A stretch of 64,000 nucleotides of DNA from Pristiophorus japonicus (lineage: Eukaryota), in contig NC_091999.1 in assembly GCF_044704955.1 (NCBI RefSeq), positions 40,672,001-40,736,000 on the forward strand, written 5' to 3'. The position numbers and the translations under genes were made by a program. The notes below the pieces were generated by a model. That model saw nothing but the letters and a program-made list of their open reading frames with translations. It was not told the origin of the DNA and did no database searches. This document shows, piece after piece, positions 1-11,428 of this stretch; within the stretch, counting starts at the first letter, position 1; each line of letters begins with the position of its first letter.

Positions 1-141
1 CCTTTTCTCGGGTCCAGGACATGGTGAGCCCATAAGGAGCGTCAGACACGACGCAGGTTAAGGTCACCGTCGCCTCCAGTAAGACCTGTTCCAGTGACGG
101 TGGGCGAAGAGTGATTTTTGAATCGCTGCATGGGACATCCA
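1..141 (-). pseudogene. IGHM: IgM heavy chain Cmu3 exon, 5' part (runs off the window edge)
   Basis: Acceptor ttttgcAG at 143-142, then a phase-1 frame reading (V)[46 protein letters not shown], which matches the shark IgM CH3 signature [16 protein letters not shown]. Pseudogene status is inferred from the broken Cmu1. Confidence 0.88.
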
Positions 142-844
142 CTGCAAAACAGGAATGAAAGTCAGGAAAAGCTGCAGCTTCAGAATCCGGACACAATATT
201 TAGCCTTAACTCGTTCAAGGGGAATACATCACTTTTGAGATATCAACCTCTCGCTGTTGCTTTAACACCGGCGGTATTGGAAGGGCAATGAATTGGCAAC
301 GATTCCGGGAGATCTGTAACATTTCTTGTGTATTTGCAGTCAGAGCCACCTGTAATGGGCTGTGAAGCAAATAACCAGCGTAAAACGGGAATACATTGTG
401 GTGCAATTGTGTTAGGCACTGAATAGCGCTCTTCCTGAAATCTCTTGCTCCTTTACACCCATCTATAGATCCTTGCCTCCAAACGCATCTCCGCTGGTTA
501 TAATAGTGAAGCCCAAATAGCCCGAAGTTCAAGAGGTCTACACCAACATTACTGGTTCAAAACAAGTGTCAAATTGATTTCAGGATTTATGGGATAACAG
601 GAAACAAAGTTAAGTTTCTGGTCACTTGCTGTGATCTTTGTTGCGGTGAAAATGTGCAGGAACTAGTCACAGCCCCCGTCAGAGGAGAAGTGCAAGGTCG
701 GGAATATGGAGTTCCAAGGGGTCTTTTGTGGTGGGGCATCATTTTTAATGATGTGAGGTAGTTTGTTAATTTCTGTCATTACTGAACATTTATCATGTCT
801 GGTGAGAGAGAGTTAGAGTTAAATATGACCTCAGGGCATTAATA

Positions 845-1350
845 TCAACATAGGAACTGGATGAGGCCACTCAGCCCATCCATCCTGTCCCGCAATCCAG
901 TTAGATCAGGGCTGATCTACACTCAACACCATCTTCACGCCTTGGTTGTGTAACCCTTGATAATCTTGCCGAACAAAAATCTATCAATCTCAGTTTTCAA
1001 CTTTTCAATTGAAACCAAGCTTCAGCAGCTTTTGGGGAGGGAAATGCAGACTTCCTGTGAAGAAATCCTTCCTGACATCACTTCTGCACGATCTAGCTCT
1101 AATTTTAAGATTCTGCTATTTGTTCTGGACTTTTCCAACAAAGGAAATAATTGTTCAACATCTACTTGATCAATTGTATTTATCTACTTGAACACCTCAA
1201 TTGTATCACCTCTTAATATTCTCTACTCGTCTCCTCATCATTTTATTTTATTAGCCCCGGTATCATTCGGATAAACCTGAACTTTACCGCCTCCATGACC
1301 AGTATATCCTTCCTGAGGTGCGGAGCCCAGAATTGGGCTCAGTGCTCTGA
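845..1350 (-). mobile_element. Old CR1-type LINE 3' fragment
   Basis: Diverged similarity to the 3' ends of the other CR1 copies in the window (aacatagga..ggcca.tcagccc; tatccttcctgaggtgcggagcccagaa). Confidence 0.6.
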
Positions 1351-1546
1351 ATAGGGTAGATGCCCATTCCAACAGTGGGTTCCTGGACAGCTAGCAGTAA
1401 AGGGTTCCAGACCCTGACTGCCGCTCCGTATATGATCAGCCAACTCAGGATAAACGTGAGAATAAGGGCACGTTACTCACTGCCTGAAATCAGAGCAGGG
1501 GGAAAGCTTCGTTGGCGAGTTTATTAAATCCTGAACAATGAGGAAT

Positions 1547-1972
1547 CCTGAACCAGAAGATCGTGGGTTGAAGTCTCACTCCAGATACTTGATCAAAAAA
1601 TGTAAGCTGAGTCTCCCAGTGCAGTACTGGGGGCGTGGTGCACTATCGGAGGTGCCGTCTTTCGGATCACGTTTTAAACCGAGGATCCATTTGGCCTCTT
1701 AGGTGGACATAAATGATTCCCTGGATCTATTTCAATGAAAAGCCGAGGACTTTTCCTTAGTGGCCTGGGAATATTTATAGCTCAAAAAACACCACTAAGC
1801 AAAATATAATCTGGTCATTATCACACTGCTGTTTGTGGGAGATTGCTGTGCACTAAATGATTGCTGCACGTTGTACATTACAACTGTGACCACATTTCAC
1901 AACTTAATTCATTGGCTGGCAAGCGATTTGGTTCAGACTAAGGTAGCTGAAGGCGCTGTTTCAAGGCAAGTT
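1547..1972 (+). mobile_element. tRNA-derived DeuSINE (SacSINE1/AmnSINE-like)
   Basis: Contains the Deu-domain-like core ggtgccgtctttcggat..ttaaaccgagg..tcttaggtggacataaa and is homologous to the copy at 52003-52430. Confidence 0.75.
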
Positions 1973-2107
1973 TGTAAACGCAAGAATACACAAACTGCAT
2001 GATTGGAAATTAGGAATAGTTCGGTGCTTTTTATTAATTTCAATAAAAGTCCTGACTGAGATCAGCGCTCAGAATGGTCTATAACCTCCTGGGATTGTGC
2101 CTCTTAC

Positions 2108-2425
2108 CCAGAGATCTGATGAAGTTACGGCTTTGCGTGACCCCTTCATGAGTGTCCTGGCAGGTGTAGACCGAGCCGGTGAACCATTCCTCGGCGGGGA
2201 CTGTCAGCCGACTGGCCGCCGAGAAGTTCCCGTTCACCTCAAATACGGGAGAGGTGACGGAGCCAGAATCCAGGAGTTGTCCACTCTCCAGCAAATTCAC
2301 GGTCAGTGACTGTGGCCGGAAATCGATGATTGAACACACGGCGCTTGCATATCTGCTGCTGGTGATTTGTTCAGTAGAACTCAGCGTGAGGAGAACAGTT
2401 GGAGGGATGATGTCGCGTTCAGAAT
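2108..2425 (-). pseudogene. IGHM: IgM heavy chain Cmu2 exon
   Basis: 318-nt phase 1-1 exon (AG at 2427-2426, GTAAG from 2107) encoding [78 protein letters not shown], typical of shark IgM CH2. Both Ig cysteines are present but the core C-strand Trp is replaced by Leu. Confidence 0.9.
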
Positions 2426-2544
2426 CTTCAAGAGAAGACAAATGATTGACATTGCTTGCAAAATCAATCATTAAGAAATGCAAAGTGTCCTTATATTTTA
2501 ACAGGTTCTTCGCTGTCAGACGAACACTAACCTGGCATTTACAG

Positions 2545-2957
2545 AGAGCAGAACTGTGCACAGTCTTTTCAGTGTAATCTGCAGACCGGAACTGTGCATA
2601 ATATTCTTAGTATGATCTGGAGACCAGAACGTTACTCAGTATTCCAAGAGTGATGAGGAGACCAGAACTGTAAACAATATTCTTAGTATGATATGGAGAC
2701 CTGAACTGTGGACAGTATTCTAAATGTGATATGGAAACCAGAACTGTGCATAATATTCTAAGTATGATACGGAGACCAGAACTAAACACAATATTTTAAT
2801 TGTGATATGGGAGACCAGAACGGTGCACAGTATTATAAGTGCGATAGGGAGACCAGAACTATACACAGTACTCTAAGTGTGATATGGAGAACAGAACTGT
2901 ACACAGCATTCTAAGTGTAATATGGAGATCAGAACTGTACACAGCACTCTAAGTGTC
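2545..2957. repeat. 38-bp minisatellite (about 11 copies) in the Cmu1-Cmu2 intron
   Basis: Unit approx. ggagaccagaactgtRcacagtattctaagtgtgatat; period 38 (2619 to 2657). Confidence 0.9.
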
Positions 2958-3034
2958 GTCTAACCAAATTTCTGTACAAGTTGAACATACCTTCTCTTCT
3001 TATCACAGTTTGCCCTGTATCCCACATAACTAAC

Positions 3035-3222
3035 CTAGCATTGTGATGGCCCAGACCGACACACCACGTCAAACCTCGCAGTAGATGGTGCTGCTGCACA
3101 CCTCTGACTCGCTGATGGTTAACCGGCTCTTTATCTTTCTTCCAGGAAAGGCTGGTGATTTTATCTTTCTTCCAGGAAATGCTGGTGATTTTGGGGGAGT
3201 AGTCCATCGCCAAACAGCTGAA
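3035..3222 (-). pseudogene. IGHM: IgM Cmu1 exon remnant (5'-truncated, with duplication, deletion and stop)
   Basis: Reads FSCLAMDYSPK[ITSISWKKDK][ITSLSWKKDK]EP, then a deletion plus frameshift, then LTISESEVCSSTIYCEV*RGVSVWAITML and a GTTAGT donor at 3034. Matches the shark CH1 motifs GCLAMDYSP and LTITESEV..KIYCEVRRG. Confidence 0.88.
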
Positions 3223-3504
3223 GCAGTTTCTCCCTACTCAGCGCACTGTGACCTGGGCTCTATTCCATCCTATTGAATGGACGTCTCTTGAGTTTCCTCC
3301 TTCCTCCCACTCAATAAATAATCCGAATTAAATACCATTCCAAAATCCGGTTAATTGGAAGTTTCTCCTTAAAACGGTCCATTTCAATTCCCATTGTTGT
3401 TCTTGTTATATAAAAATGACCTGGACTTGGTTATAGGGATTCCATCTCGAAGTTCGAATATGAAGCAAAACCTGGCAACGTAGCCAATAGTGAGCATGAT
3501 AGTA

Positions 3505-3650
3505 ACAGACTTGAAGAGGAATCAGAGAGACGAGTGAAATGGGCCGGGACATGGCAGGTGCAATTTAATGCGGAAAATTGAGAAGCGGTGCACTTTGGGT
3601 GGAACATGGAGAGGCAGTATCATCTAAATAGTATTGTTTTGAGGGGATAC
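3505..3650 (+). mobile_element. Short old CR1 RT fragment
   Basis: Translates to a W-A-x-x-W-Q-V-Q-F-N-A-E..HFG motif as in CR1 ORF2. Confidence 0.55.
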
Positions 3651-3799
3651 AAAAACAAAAATATCTGGATATTGCCCCCGAGTCAATATTACTAAAAATG
3701 TTCGTAAATGCTCACTGAAAGCCGATGTGCATGTGTTTGTATGTGGGGTTGGGGTTGAAGCCCAGATTCTCACAGAGACAGAATCCAGGTTCTCACAGG

Positions 3800-3881
3800 A
3801 CCAGGCTAGCCGAGTGGTTGAGGCGTTGGCCTTAAAATTCAATGGGTTTTTCCCGCGTGAGTTCGTACCCAACTCCTGGTA
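3800..3881 (+). tRNA. tRNA-Leu(TAA), degenerate copy 1
   Basis: ACCAGG..CCGAGTGG..CTTAAAA..GTTCG..CTCCTGGTA matches vertebrate Leu-TAA; mismatches in the anticodon and T stems. Confidence 0.85.
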
Positions 3882-4624
3882 TTTCTTTAATTTAACACGG
3901 ATTTCCTCCCATTCTGATCAATGAGACCGGATTTTCATCGGTTGAATCAGCAATATTCTCTAACAATGTGACACTCTGTACCGATAATGAAATGAAATTG
4001 TGAACTGTATCTGTGTCGCTCGGTCTCTGCCTCTCTCTCTCTCTTCAGAGAGTTGTGTATGTGTTTGTATGTTTGAGTCTTTGTCTCTCTCAGTCTGACT
4101 CAATCTGTCTGTCCCTGTTTCTCTGTTTGTCTCTGTCTCTCAATCTGTCTCTTTCTCACGGTGCCACGTCTGTTCCAATGGGATTCTCTCAGACTCTTTG
4201 CCTGACTGGCTCTCTCTTTCCCATCATTTCGGTCTGTCCATGCCTTTGCCTGTCTGTGTTAGTCCCTGCCTGTAAGCTGAGAAGTATTTCCATCATTTTC
4301 TGTTTTAGTCTCTATCGCTCTCTCTCCATCTGTCTGCTTGTCACTGTCTTTATCATTGTCTTTCTATCACTCTTTCCTTCTCTCTCTTCATAGATCACAC
4401 ACACACATCTCTGTATATGTATATGTTTGAGTCTTTTTCTCACTCAGTATGCCTCTCCTTCTCAGTCTCACACTTTCTGTCTCTCGTTGTCTCTATCTCG
4501 CTGTCTGTCTCTCCCTGTTTGTCGGTTTGTCTCTGTCTCTCAATGTGTCTGTCGACTTCTCATGGTGTCCAGTTCTGTTCACAGTGGCTCGATTCCTGTT
4601 CTGACAGAACTGGTACCCGTCAGT

Positions 4625-4696
4625 TCCTCATTAGTATAGTGCTGAGTATCCCCGCCTGTCATGCTGGAGACTGGGGTTCAATTCCCCGACGGGGAG
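4625..4696 (+). tRNA. tRNA-Asp(GTC), best-preserved Asp copy
   Basis: 72 nt, TCCTCATTAGTATAGTG..CTGTCAT..GGTTCAATTCCCCGACGGGGAG; a few substitutions relative to canonical vertebrate Asp-GTC. Confidence 0.9.
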
Positions 4697-4915
4697 GCAG
4701 TTATTTAAAAATGTAGAATGTTACTTCTGTTTCTTGGTAGAGATTCATATTAAATGTTCCAGAGCAATATCGAACGATAAAAATACAGGTAGAGGAGATT
4801 GCCTCGTTCAGATTTTCAGCAACGGAGAATTTTTCAGGAGTCTTTGGCCGACTGCTGCACAGACATGGATGACTGAGTTTTTTCTTAGGCCAAGTACGGA
4901 CCACGTTCTCACAGG

Positions 4916-4997
4916 ACCAGGATAGCCGAGTGGTTAAGGCGTTGGTCTTAAAATTCAATGGGTTTTTCCCGCATGGGTTCATACCCCACTCCAGGTA
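4916..4997 (+). tRNA. tRNA-Leu(TAA), degenerate copy 2
   Basis: Near copy of Leu copy 1 with the same flanks (local duplication). Confidence 0.85.
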
Positions 4998-5238
4998 TTT
5001 CTTTAATTTGACACGGATTTCCTCCCATTCTGATCAGTAAAACCGGATTTAAATCGGTTCAATCAGCAATTTTCTGCAACAATGTGACACTCTGAACCGA
5101 TAATGAAATGAAATTGTGAAATGTATCAGTGTCGCTCGGTCTCTGCCTCTCTCTCTTCAGAGAACTAAGCATGTGTTTGGATGTTTGAGTCTTTGTCTCT
5201 CTCAGTCTGACTCACTCTGTCTGTCCCTGAAAGACACA

Positions 5239-5318
5239 GTAGTCGTGGCCGAGTGGTTAAGACGACGGACTCGAAATCCATTGGGTTATCCCGCCAGGTT
5301 CGAATACTGCCGACTACG
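5239..5318 (+). tRNA. tRNA-Ser, AGA-type body with CGA anticodon, probably a pseudogene
   Basis: GTAGTCGTGGCCGAGTGGTTAAG..CTCGAAA..GGTTCGAATACTGCCGACTACG; anticodon 5272-5274 = CGA. Confidence 0.85.
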
Positions 5319-5612
5319 ATTCTCACCATTTTTCATTCCATTTCACAATTTAACCGGTTCTCTGCCAAACCGATCCTGAGATAGATGGAATAACGTCCCA
5401 CACCTTTCAACACTGACATTTTATTCTCATTTTTATTAATCTGCAATATTCACGATACAACCGTTTCAAAAATCGCAAACATCAGTCAAAGTTGCGACAG
5501 TGATTCAGCCTGTCTATCCCTCGAGATGTCTAAGGCATCTGTGCATGCCCGTTGGTGCGTGCAAATTTTTGGTTATGTGTGTGTGTGTCTCTGTGTCTGT
5601 CTATCTCTATAT

Positions 5613-6268
5613 ATGGCATGTGCGCCTTCATAGCTAGGTGATTTGAGTATAGAAGCAGGGATGTCTTACTGCAGTTGTACAGGGCCTTGGTGAGGCCATA
5701 CATGGAATGTTGTGTTCAATTTTTGTCCCCGAATCTGAGAAAGGACGTCCTTGATATTGAGGGAGTACAGCGAAGGTTCACCAGCATGATTCCCGCAATG
5801 GCAGGATTGACATCTGAGGAGAGACTGGATCAACTGGACTGGTATCCACTGGAGTTTAGAAGAATGAAAGGGGATCACACAGAAACATATAAAATTCTGA
5901 CGAGATTGGACAGCTTAGAGACTGGAAGAATGTTCTCGTTGCTGGGGAGTATGCGACCAAGGATTAGAGTCGAAGAGTAAGGGGTAAGCCATTTAGGACC
6001 GAGATGACGAGAAACCTATTCACTCAGAGAGTGGTTATCCTGTGAAATTTTCTACCGCAGAAAGTAGTTGAGGCCAGTTCGTTAGATATAATCAAAAGGG
6101 AGTTAGATATGCCCCTTATGGCTAAAGCGATCAAGGGGTATGGAGAGAAAGCAGGAAATGGGTACTGAGGTTGAATGATGAGCCATGATCTTATTGAATG
6201 GTGGTGCAGGCTCGAAGGGCCGAATGTCATATTCCTGCACCTAATTTCTATGTCTCTATGTTTCCATG
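5613..6268 (+). mobile_element. CR1 LINE 3' fragment carried in the tRNA unit
   Basis: LYRALVRPYMECCVQFLSP..QRRFT motif, 3' UTR and (TTCTATGT)-like tail. Confidence 0.9.
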
Positions 6269-6444
6269 TTGATGCGTGTATATTTTTGATTATTGTGTGT
6301 GCGTGTATCTGTGTATGTCTATCTGTATGTATATCTCTGTGTATGTGCAAATGTCTGTGGAAATCATCACCATGAATTTGGTAAGTCCTGGAACTTTTTA
6401 AAAAACTTGGGGAAAATAATACGGTTGTGATCTTTGGTATCGGT

Positions 6445-6700
6445 TTTGGTTCAGTGGCTCCATTCTCGACTGAATCAGGAGGTTGTGTGTGAGACCCACT
6501 CCTGAGACTTGAACACATCATCTTGGATGACACTCAAATGCAGCATTTGGGGAATGTTGCATTATTGAATCTGTTGACCATCGGCTGAAATTTTAAATTG
6601 AAGCTCCATCTGCACCCTCGGGTGGATGTGAAAATTCCCAGAGCCTTAGTCGAAAAAGAATCGGAGAGCTGCGCCCGTGTCAATATTACGAAAAATGTTC
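6445..6700 (+). mobile_element. Truncated DeuSINE in the tRNA unit (paralogous copies at about 9565-9830, 12845-13090, 15105-15350, 21248-21500)
   Basis: Aligns with the 5' tRNA-like head and Deu domain of the SINE at 52003 (ctgcaccctcgggtggatgtgaaa..ccca). Confidence 0.7.
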
Positions 6701-6802
6701 GTAAATGCTCCCTGAAATCCAATGTGTCTGTGTGTCACTGTGGGGGTGGAGCTGAAGCCCAGATTCTCACAGAGATAGAGTCCAACCACTGACAGGATCA
6801 GG

Positions 6803-6886
6803 ACCAGGATGGCCGAGTAGTAAAGGCGTTGGACTTAAGATGTAATGGGTTTATACCCGCGTGGGTTCAAACCCCGCCTTCTGGTA
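6803..6886 (+). tRNA. tRNA-Leu(TAA) copy 3
   Basis: ACCAGGATGGCCGAGT..GGACTTAAGAT..GTGGGTTCAAACCCC; stem mismatches. Confidence 0.87.
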
Positions 6887-8068
6887 ATTCCTTAATAAAA
6901 CGGAGATTTTTCCCATCCTGCTCAGTGATACCCGATTTTCATCTGCTGAATCTCCAATTTTCTGTAACTCTGTGACACTCTGAGCCGAAAAAGAAATGAA
7001 ATTTTGAAATGTATCTGTGTCGCTCTCTCTCTTTAGAGAGCTGTGTTTGTGTTTGTGTGTTTGAGTCTTTGTCCCTCTCAGTCTACCTCTCTCTGACCCA
7101 CTCTGTTTGTCCCTGTTTCTCTGTTTGTCTCTGTCTCTCAATCTGTCTCTTTCTCACGGTGTCTAGTTCTGTTGCCATGGGATTCTCTCAGACTCTCTGT
7201 CTGACTGCCTCTCTCTGTCCCATTATCTCTGTCTGTCCATGTCCTTGCCTGTCTCTGTTAGTCTCTGTCTCTAACCTGATAAGTATTTCCATTATTTTCT
7301 GTTTTTGTCTCTATGTCTCTCTCTCTATCTGTCTTTCTCTCGATCTGTCTCCCTCTTTTTCTCTCTCTTTGTCCCTGTCCTTTTCTCTGTCATTCCATCA
7401 CAATTTGCCTCCCTCTCTTTATGGAGCATGCAAATACATCTCTGTGTATGTATGAGTTTGAGTCGTTTTCTCATTCAGTCTGATCCTCCCTTTCAGACTC
7501 AAAGTTGATGTCTCTCTTTGTCTCTATCTCGCTGTCTGTCTCTCCCTGTTTCCCTGTTTGTCTCTGGATCTCAATGTGTCTGTCTCTTTCTCACCGTGTC
7601 CAGTTCTGTTCGAACGGGATTCTCTCAATCTCTCTGTCTGACTGTCTCACTCTTTCCCATCATCTCTGTCTGTCTATGTTTCTGCCTATCTGTCTCTCTT
7701 TGCCTGTCGCTGGTAGTTCCTGTCTCTAACCTGCTGAGTATTTCCATCATTTTCTGTTTATATCTTTGTCTCTCTCTCTGTCTGTCGCTCTCTCTCCATC
7801 TGTCTCTCACCTTGTCACTGCTTTATCACTGTCTTTCTCTCACTCTTTCCCTCTCTTTTTTTATAGATCACACACACGCATCGCTGTATATGTAGGTGTT
7901 TGAGTCTTTTTCTCGCTGACTCTGACTGACTTTTCAGTCTCACCCTTTCTGTCTCTCGTTGCCTCTCTCTCGCTGACTGCCTATCTCTGTTTATCGGTTT
8001 GTCTCTGTCGATCAATGCTTCTGTCGACTTCTGTTCACAGCTCGATTACTGCTCTGACGCAACCCGTT

Positions 8069-8140
8069 CCCTCGTCCGTGTCATGCCGATTCTGCCCCCC
8101 TTTTACGTGGGAGAACCAGGTTCAATTCCCCGACGGAAAA
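8069..8140 (+). pseudogene. Highly decayed tRNA-Asp copy
   Basis: At the Asp position of the unit; the 3' half ggttcaattccccgacgg is retained but the D arm and anticodon are eroded. Confidence 0.7.
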
Positions 8141-8358
8141 GCAGCTTTTTCAAAATGTTGAATTTTACTTCTGTTTCTTGGTATAGCTTTTATTAAAAAG
8201 TTCCACATCAATATAGAACAGTAAAAATACAGCAAGAGGAGATTGCCTCTTTCAGATCTTTTGCAAACGGAGACTTTTTCAGGATTCTGTGGCCGTCTGT
8301 TGCACAGAGATGGATGACTGAGTTTTTTCTGAATAACATTTAAAGTGCCAGAGACGCA

Positions 8359-8440
8359 GTAGTTGTTGCCGAGTGGTTAAAGCGAAGGTCTAGAAGTCCT
8401 GTCGGTTTGCTGCTTGTAGTTTCGAATCCTGCCGACTACG
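8359..8440 (+). pseudogene. tRNA-Ser(AGA) pseudogene
   Basis: GTAGTTGTTGCCGAGTGGTTAA..CTAGAAG..TTCGAATCCTGCCGACTACG with many stem mismatches. Confidence 0.8.
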
Positions 8441-8667
8441 ATTCACTGCATTTTTCTCTACAATTTAACCAGGTTTTTGCAAAACGGATCCTGAGATAGG
8501 CAGAATAACGTCCCACACATTTCAACACTGACATCTATTTCTCATTTTTATTAATCTGCAATATTCATGATTCATACGGATAGAAAAACGCAAAAATCAG
8601 CCAAAGTAGCGACAGTGACCCTGCCTGTCTATCCATCTACTTGTCAAAGGCAATCTATGTATATCTT

Positions 8668-9387
8668 GACCTGGGTGCCATGGTACATCAGTCATTGATT
8701 GTTGGTGTGCAGGTGCAGCAGGCGGTGAAGAAGGCTAATGGCATGTTCCCCTTCATAGCTAGCGGATTTGAGTATAGGAGCAGGGAGATCTTACTGCATT
8801 TGTACATGGCCTCCGTGAGGCCACACCTGGAATACTGTGTTCAGTTTTGGTCTCCGAATCTGAGGAAGGACGTCCTTGCTATTGAGGGAGTACAGCGAAA
8901 GTTCACCAGCATGATTCCTGGGATGGCAGGACTGACATATGAGGAGAGACTGGATGAACTGGGCTGGTATCCACTGGAGTTTAGAAGATTGAGAGTAGAT
9001 CAGAAGAAACATGAAAAATTCTGACGAGATTGGACAGCTTAGAGGCTGGAAGCATGTTCTCGCTGCTGGGGAGTTCGAGACCAAGGATCAGAGTCTAAGA
9101 GTAAGGGGCAAGCCATTTAGAAACCGAGATGAAGAGAAACGTCTTCACTCAGAGAGTGGATAACCAGTGAAAATTTCCATTGCAGAAAGTCGTTGAGGCC
9201 AGTACGTTAGATATATTCAAAAGGGAGTTAGATATTGCCCTTACGGCTAAAGGGATGAAGGGGTATAGAGAGGAAGCAGGAAAGGGGTAATGAGGTTGAA
9301 TGATCAGCCATGATGTTATTAAATGGTAGTGCAGGCTCGAAGGGCCGAATGGCATATTCCTGCACCTAATTTCTATGTTTCTATGTT
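8668..9387 (+). mobile_element. CR1 LINE 3' fragment carried in the tRNA unit
   Basis: DLGAMVHQSL..VRPHLEYCVQFWSP..; tail ttctatgtttctatg. Confidence 0.92.
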
Positions 9388-9905
9388 GATGCGTGTATAT
9401 TGTTGGTTATTGTGTGTGTCGTGTGTCTGTGTATGTCTATCTGTATGTATGTCTCTGTGTATGTGCAACTGTCTGTGGAAATCATCACCATGAATTTGGT
9501 ACGTCCTGGAACTTTTTAAAAAACTTGGGGTAAAATAATACAGTTGTGAACTTTGGTATCGGTTTTGGTTCAGTGGCTCCTTTCTCGACTGAATCAGGAG
9601 GTTGTGTGTGTAAGTCCCACTCCTGAGACTTGAACCCATAATCTTGGCTGACACTCAAATGCAGTACTTGGGGAATGTTGCATTGTTGAAGCTGTTGACC
9701 ATCGGCTGAAATTTTAAATTGAAGCTCCATCTGCACCCTCGAGTGGATGTGAAAGTTCCCAGAGCCTTAGTCGAAAAATAATAGGAGAGTTGCGCCCGTG
9801 TCAATATAACGAAAAATGTTTGTAAATGCTCCCTGAAATCCGATGTGTCTGGAGCTGAAGCCCAGATTCTCACAGAGGCAGAGTCCAACCTCTGACAGGT
9901 TCAGG

Positions 9906-9988
9906 ACCCGGATGGCGGAGTGGTAAAGGCGTTAGACTTAAGATCTAGTGGGTTTATACCCGCGTGGGTTCGAACCCCACTCCTCGTA
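9906..9988 (+). tRNA. tRNA-Leu(TAA) copy 4
   Basis: Intact T arm GTGGGTTCGAACCCCAC; anticodon stem TTAGA/TCTAG; acceptor stem mismatched. Confidence 0.85.
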
Positions 9989-11056
9989 ATTCCTTAATTA
10001 AACAGAGATTTTTCCCATCCTGCTCAGTGATACCCGATTTTCATCTGCTGAATCTCCAGTTTTATGTAACGCTGTGACACTCTGAGCATGAAATGAAATT
10101 GTGAAATGTCTCTGCTGCTCTCTCTCTCTTTCGAGAGCTGTGCATGTGTTTGTGTGTTTGAGACTTTGTCTCTCTCTGACCCACTCTGTCTGTCGCTGTC
10201 TCTCAATCTGTCTCTTTCTCACGGTGTCTAGTACTGTTGCAATGGTATTCTCTCAGACTCTCTGTCTGACTGTCTCTCTCTGTCCCATTATCTCTGTCTG
10301 TCCATGTCCTTGCCTGTCTCTGTCTCTAACCTGATAAGTATTTCCATTATTTTCTGTCTTTCTCTCTATCTGTCTTCCTCTTTTTCTCTCTCTTTGTCCC
10401 TGTCCTTTTCTCTGTCATTCCATCACTATTTGCCCCCCTCTCTTTTTGGAGCACGCAAGTACATCTCTGTGTATGTATGTGTTTGAGTCTTTTTCTCATT
10501 CAGTCTGATCCTCCCTTTCAGTCTCAAACTTTCTGTCTCTCTTTGTCTCTATCTCACTGTCTGTCTCTCCCTGTTTCCCTGTTTGTATTTGGTTCTGAAT
10601 GTGTCTGTCTCTTTCTCACGGTGTCCAGTTCTGTTCGAAAGGGATTCACTCAGTCTCTCTGTCTGACCGTCTCATTCTTTCCCATCATCTCTGTCTGTCT
10701 ATGTTTCTGCCTATCTGTCTCTCTTTGCCTGTCGCTGGTAGTTTCTACCTCTCACCTGCTGAATATTTCCATCATTTTCTGTTTGTATCTGTCTCTCTCT
10801 CTATCTGTCGCTCTCTCTCTATCTGTCTCTCTCCTTGTCACTGTCTTTCTCTCACTCTTTCCTCTCTCTCTTTATATGTAGGCGTTTGAGTCTTTTTCTC
10901 ACTGAGTCTGCCTCACTTTTCAGTCTCACCCTTTCTGTCTCGCGTTGTCTCTCTCTCTCGCTGTCTGTCTATCCCTGTTTGTCGGTTTGTCTCTGTCGAT
11001 CAATGTGTCTGTCGACTTCTGTTCACAGCTCGATTACTGCTCTAACGCAACCCGTA

Positions 11057-11128
11057 CCGTCGTCCATATAGTGGTGATTATTCCCGCTTGTTATGCGGGA
11101 GAACTGGGTTCAATTTCCCGACGGCGCA
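11057..11128 (+). pseudogene. tRNA-Asp-derived pseudogene (anticodon decayed to GTT)
   Basis: TATAGTGGTGA..TTGTTAT GCGGGAGA..GGTTCAATTTCCCGACGG at the Asp position of the unit. Confidence 0.75.
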
Positions 11129-11346
11129 GCAGTTTTTTCAAAATGTCGAATTTTACTTCTGTTTCTTTGTATAGATTTTATTAAAAAGTTCCAGAGCAAT
11201 ATAGAACAGTAAAAATACAGCAAGAGGAGATTGCCTCTTCCAGATTTTTTGCAAACGGAGACTTTTTCAGGATTCTGTTGCCGACTGCTTCACAGAGATG
11301 GACGACTGAATTTTTTCTGAGTAACATTTAAAGTGCCAGAGATGCA

Positions 11347-11428
11347 GTAATTGTGGCCGAGTGGTTAAAGCGATGGACTAGAAATACTTTGGGTTTTCTG
11401 CGCGTAGGTTAGAATCCTGCCGACTACG
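11347..11428 (+). pseudogene. tRNA-Ser(AGA) copy, probably a pseudogene
   Basis: GGCCGAGTGGTTAA..ATGGACTAGAAAT..; B box mutated to GGTTAGAATCC. Confidence 0.82.

Noticed and set aside
2079-2561. 160-aa ORF as a stand-alone Ig protein
   Set aside because: Only 2108-2425 is the exon; the rest is intron read-through.
3223-3280. Possible RSS (CACAGTG, 12 nt, AGAAACTGC) and J-like WNRAQVTV just upstream of the Cmu1 break
   Set aside because: The nonamer matches only 5/9, there is no WGxG motif and no splice donor; not supportable as a J or D segment.
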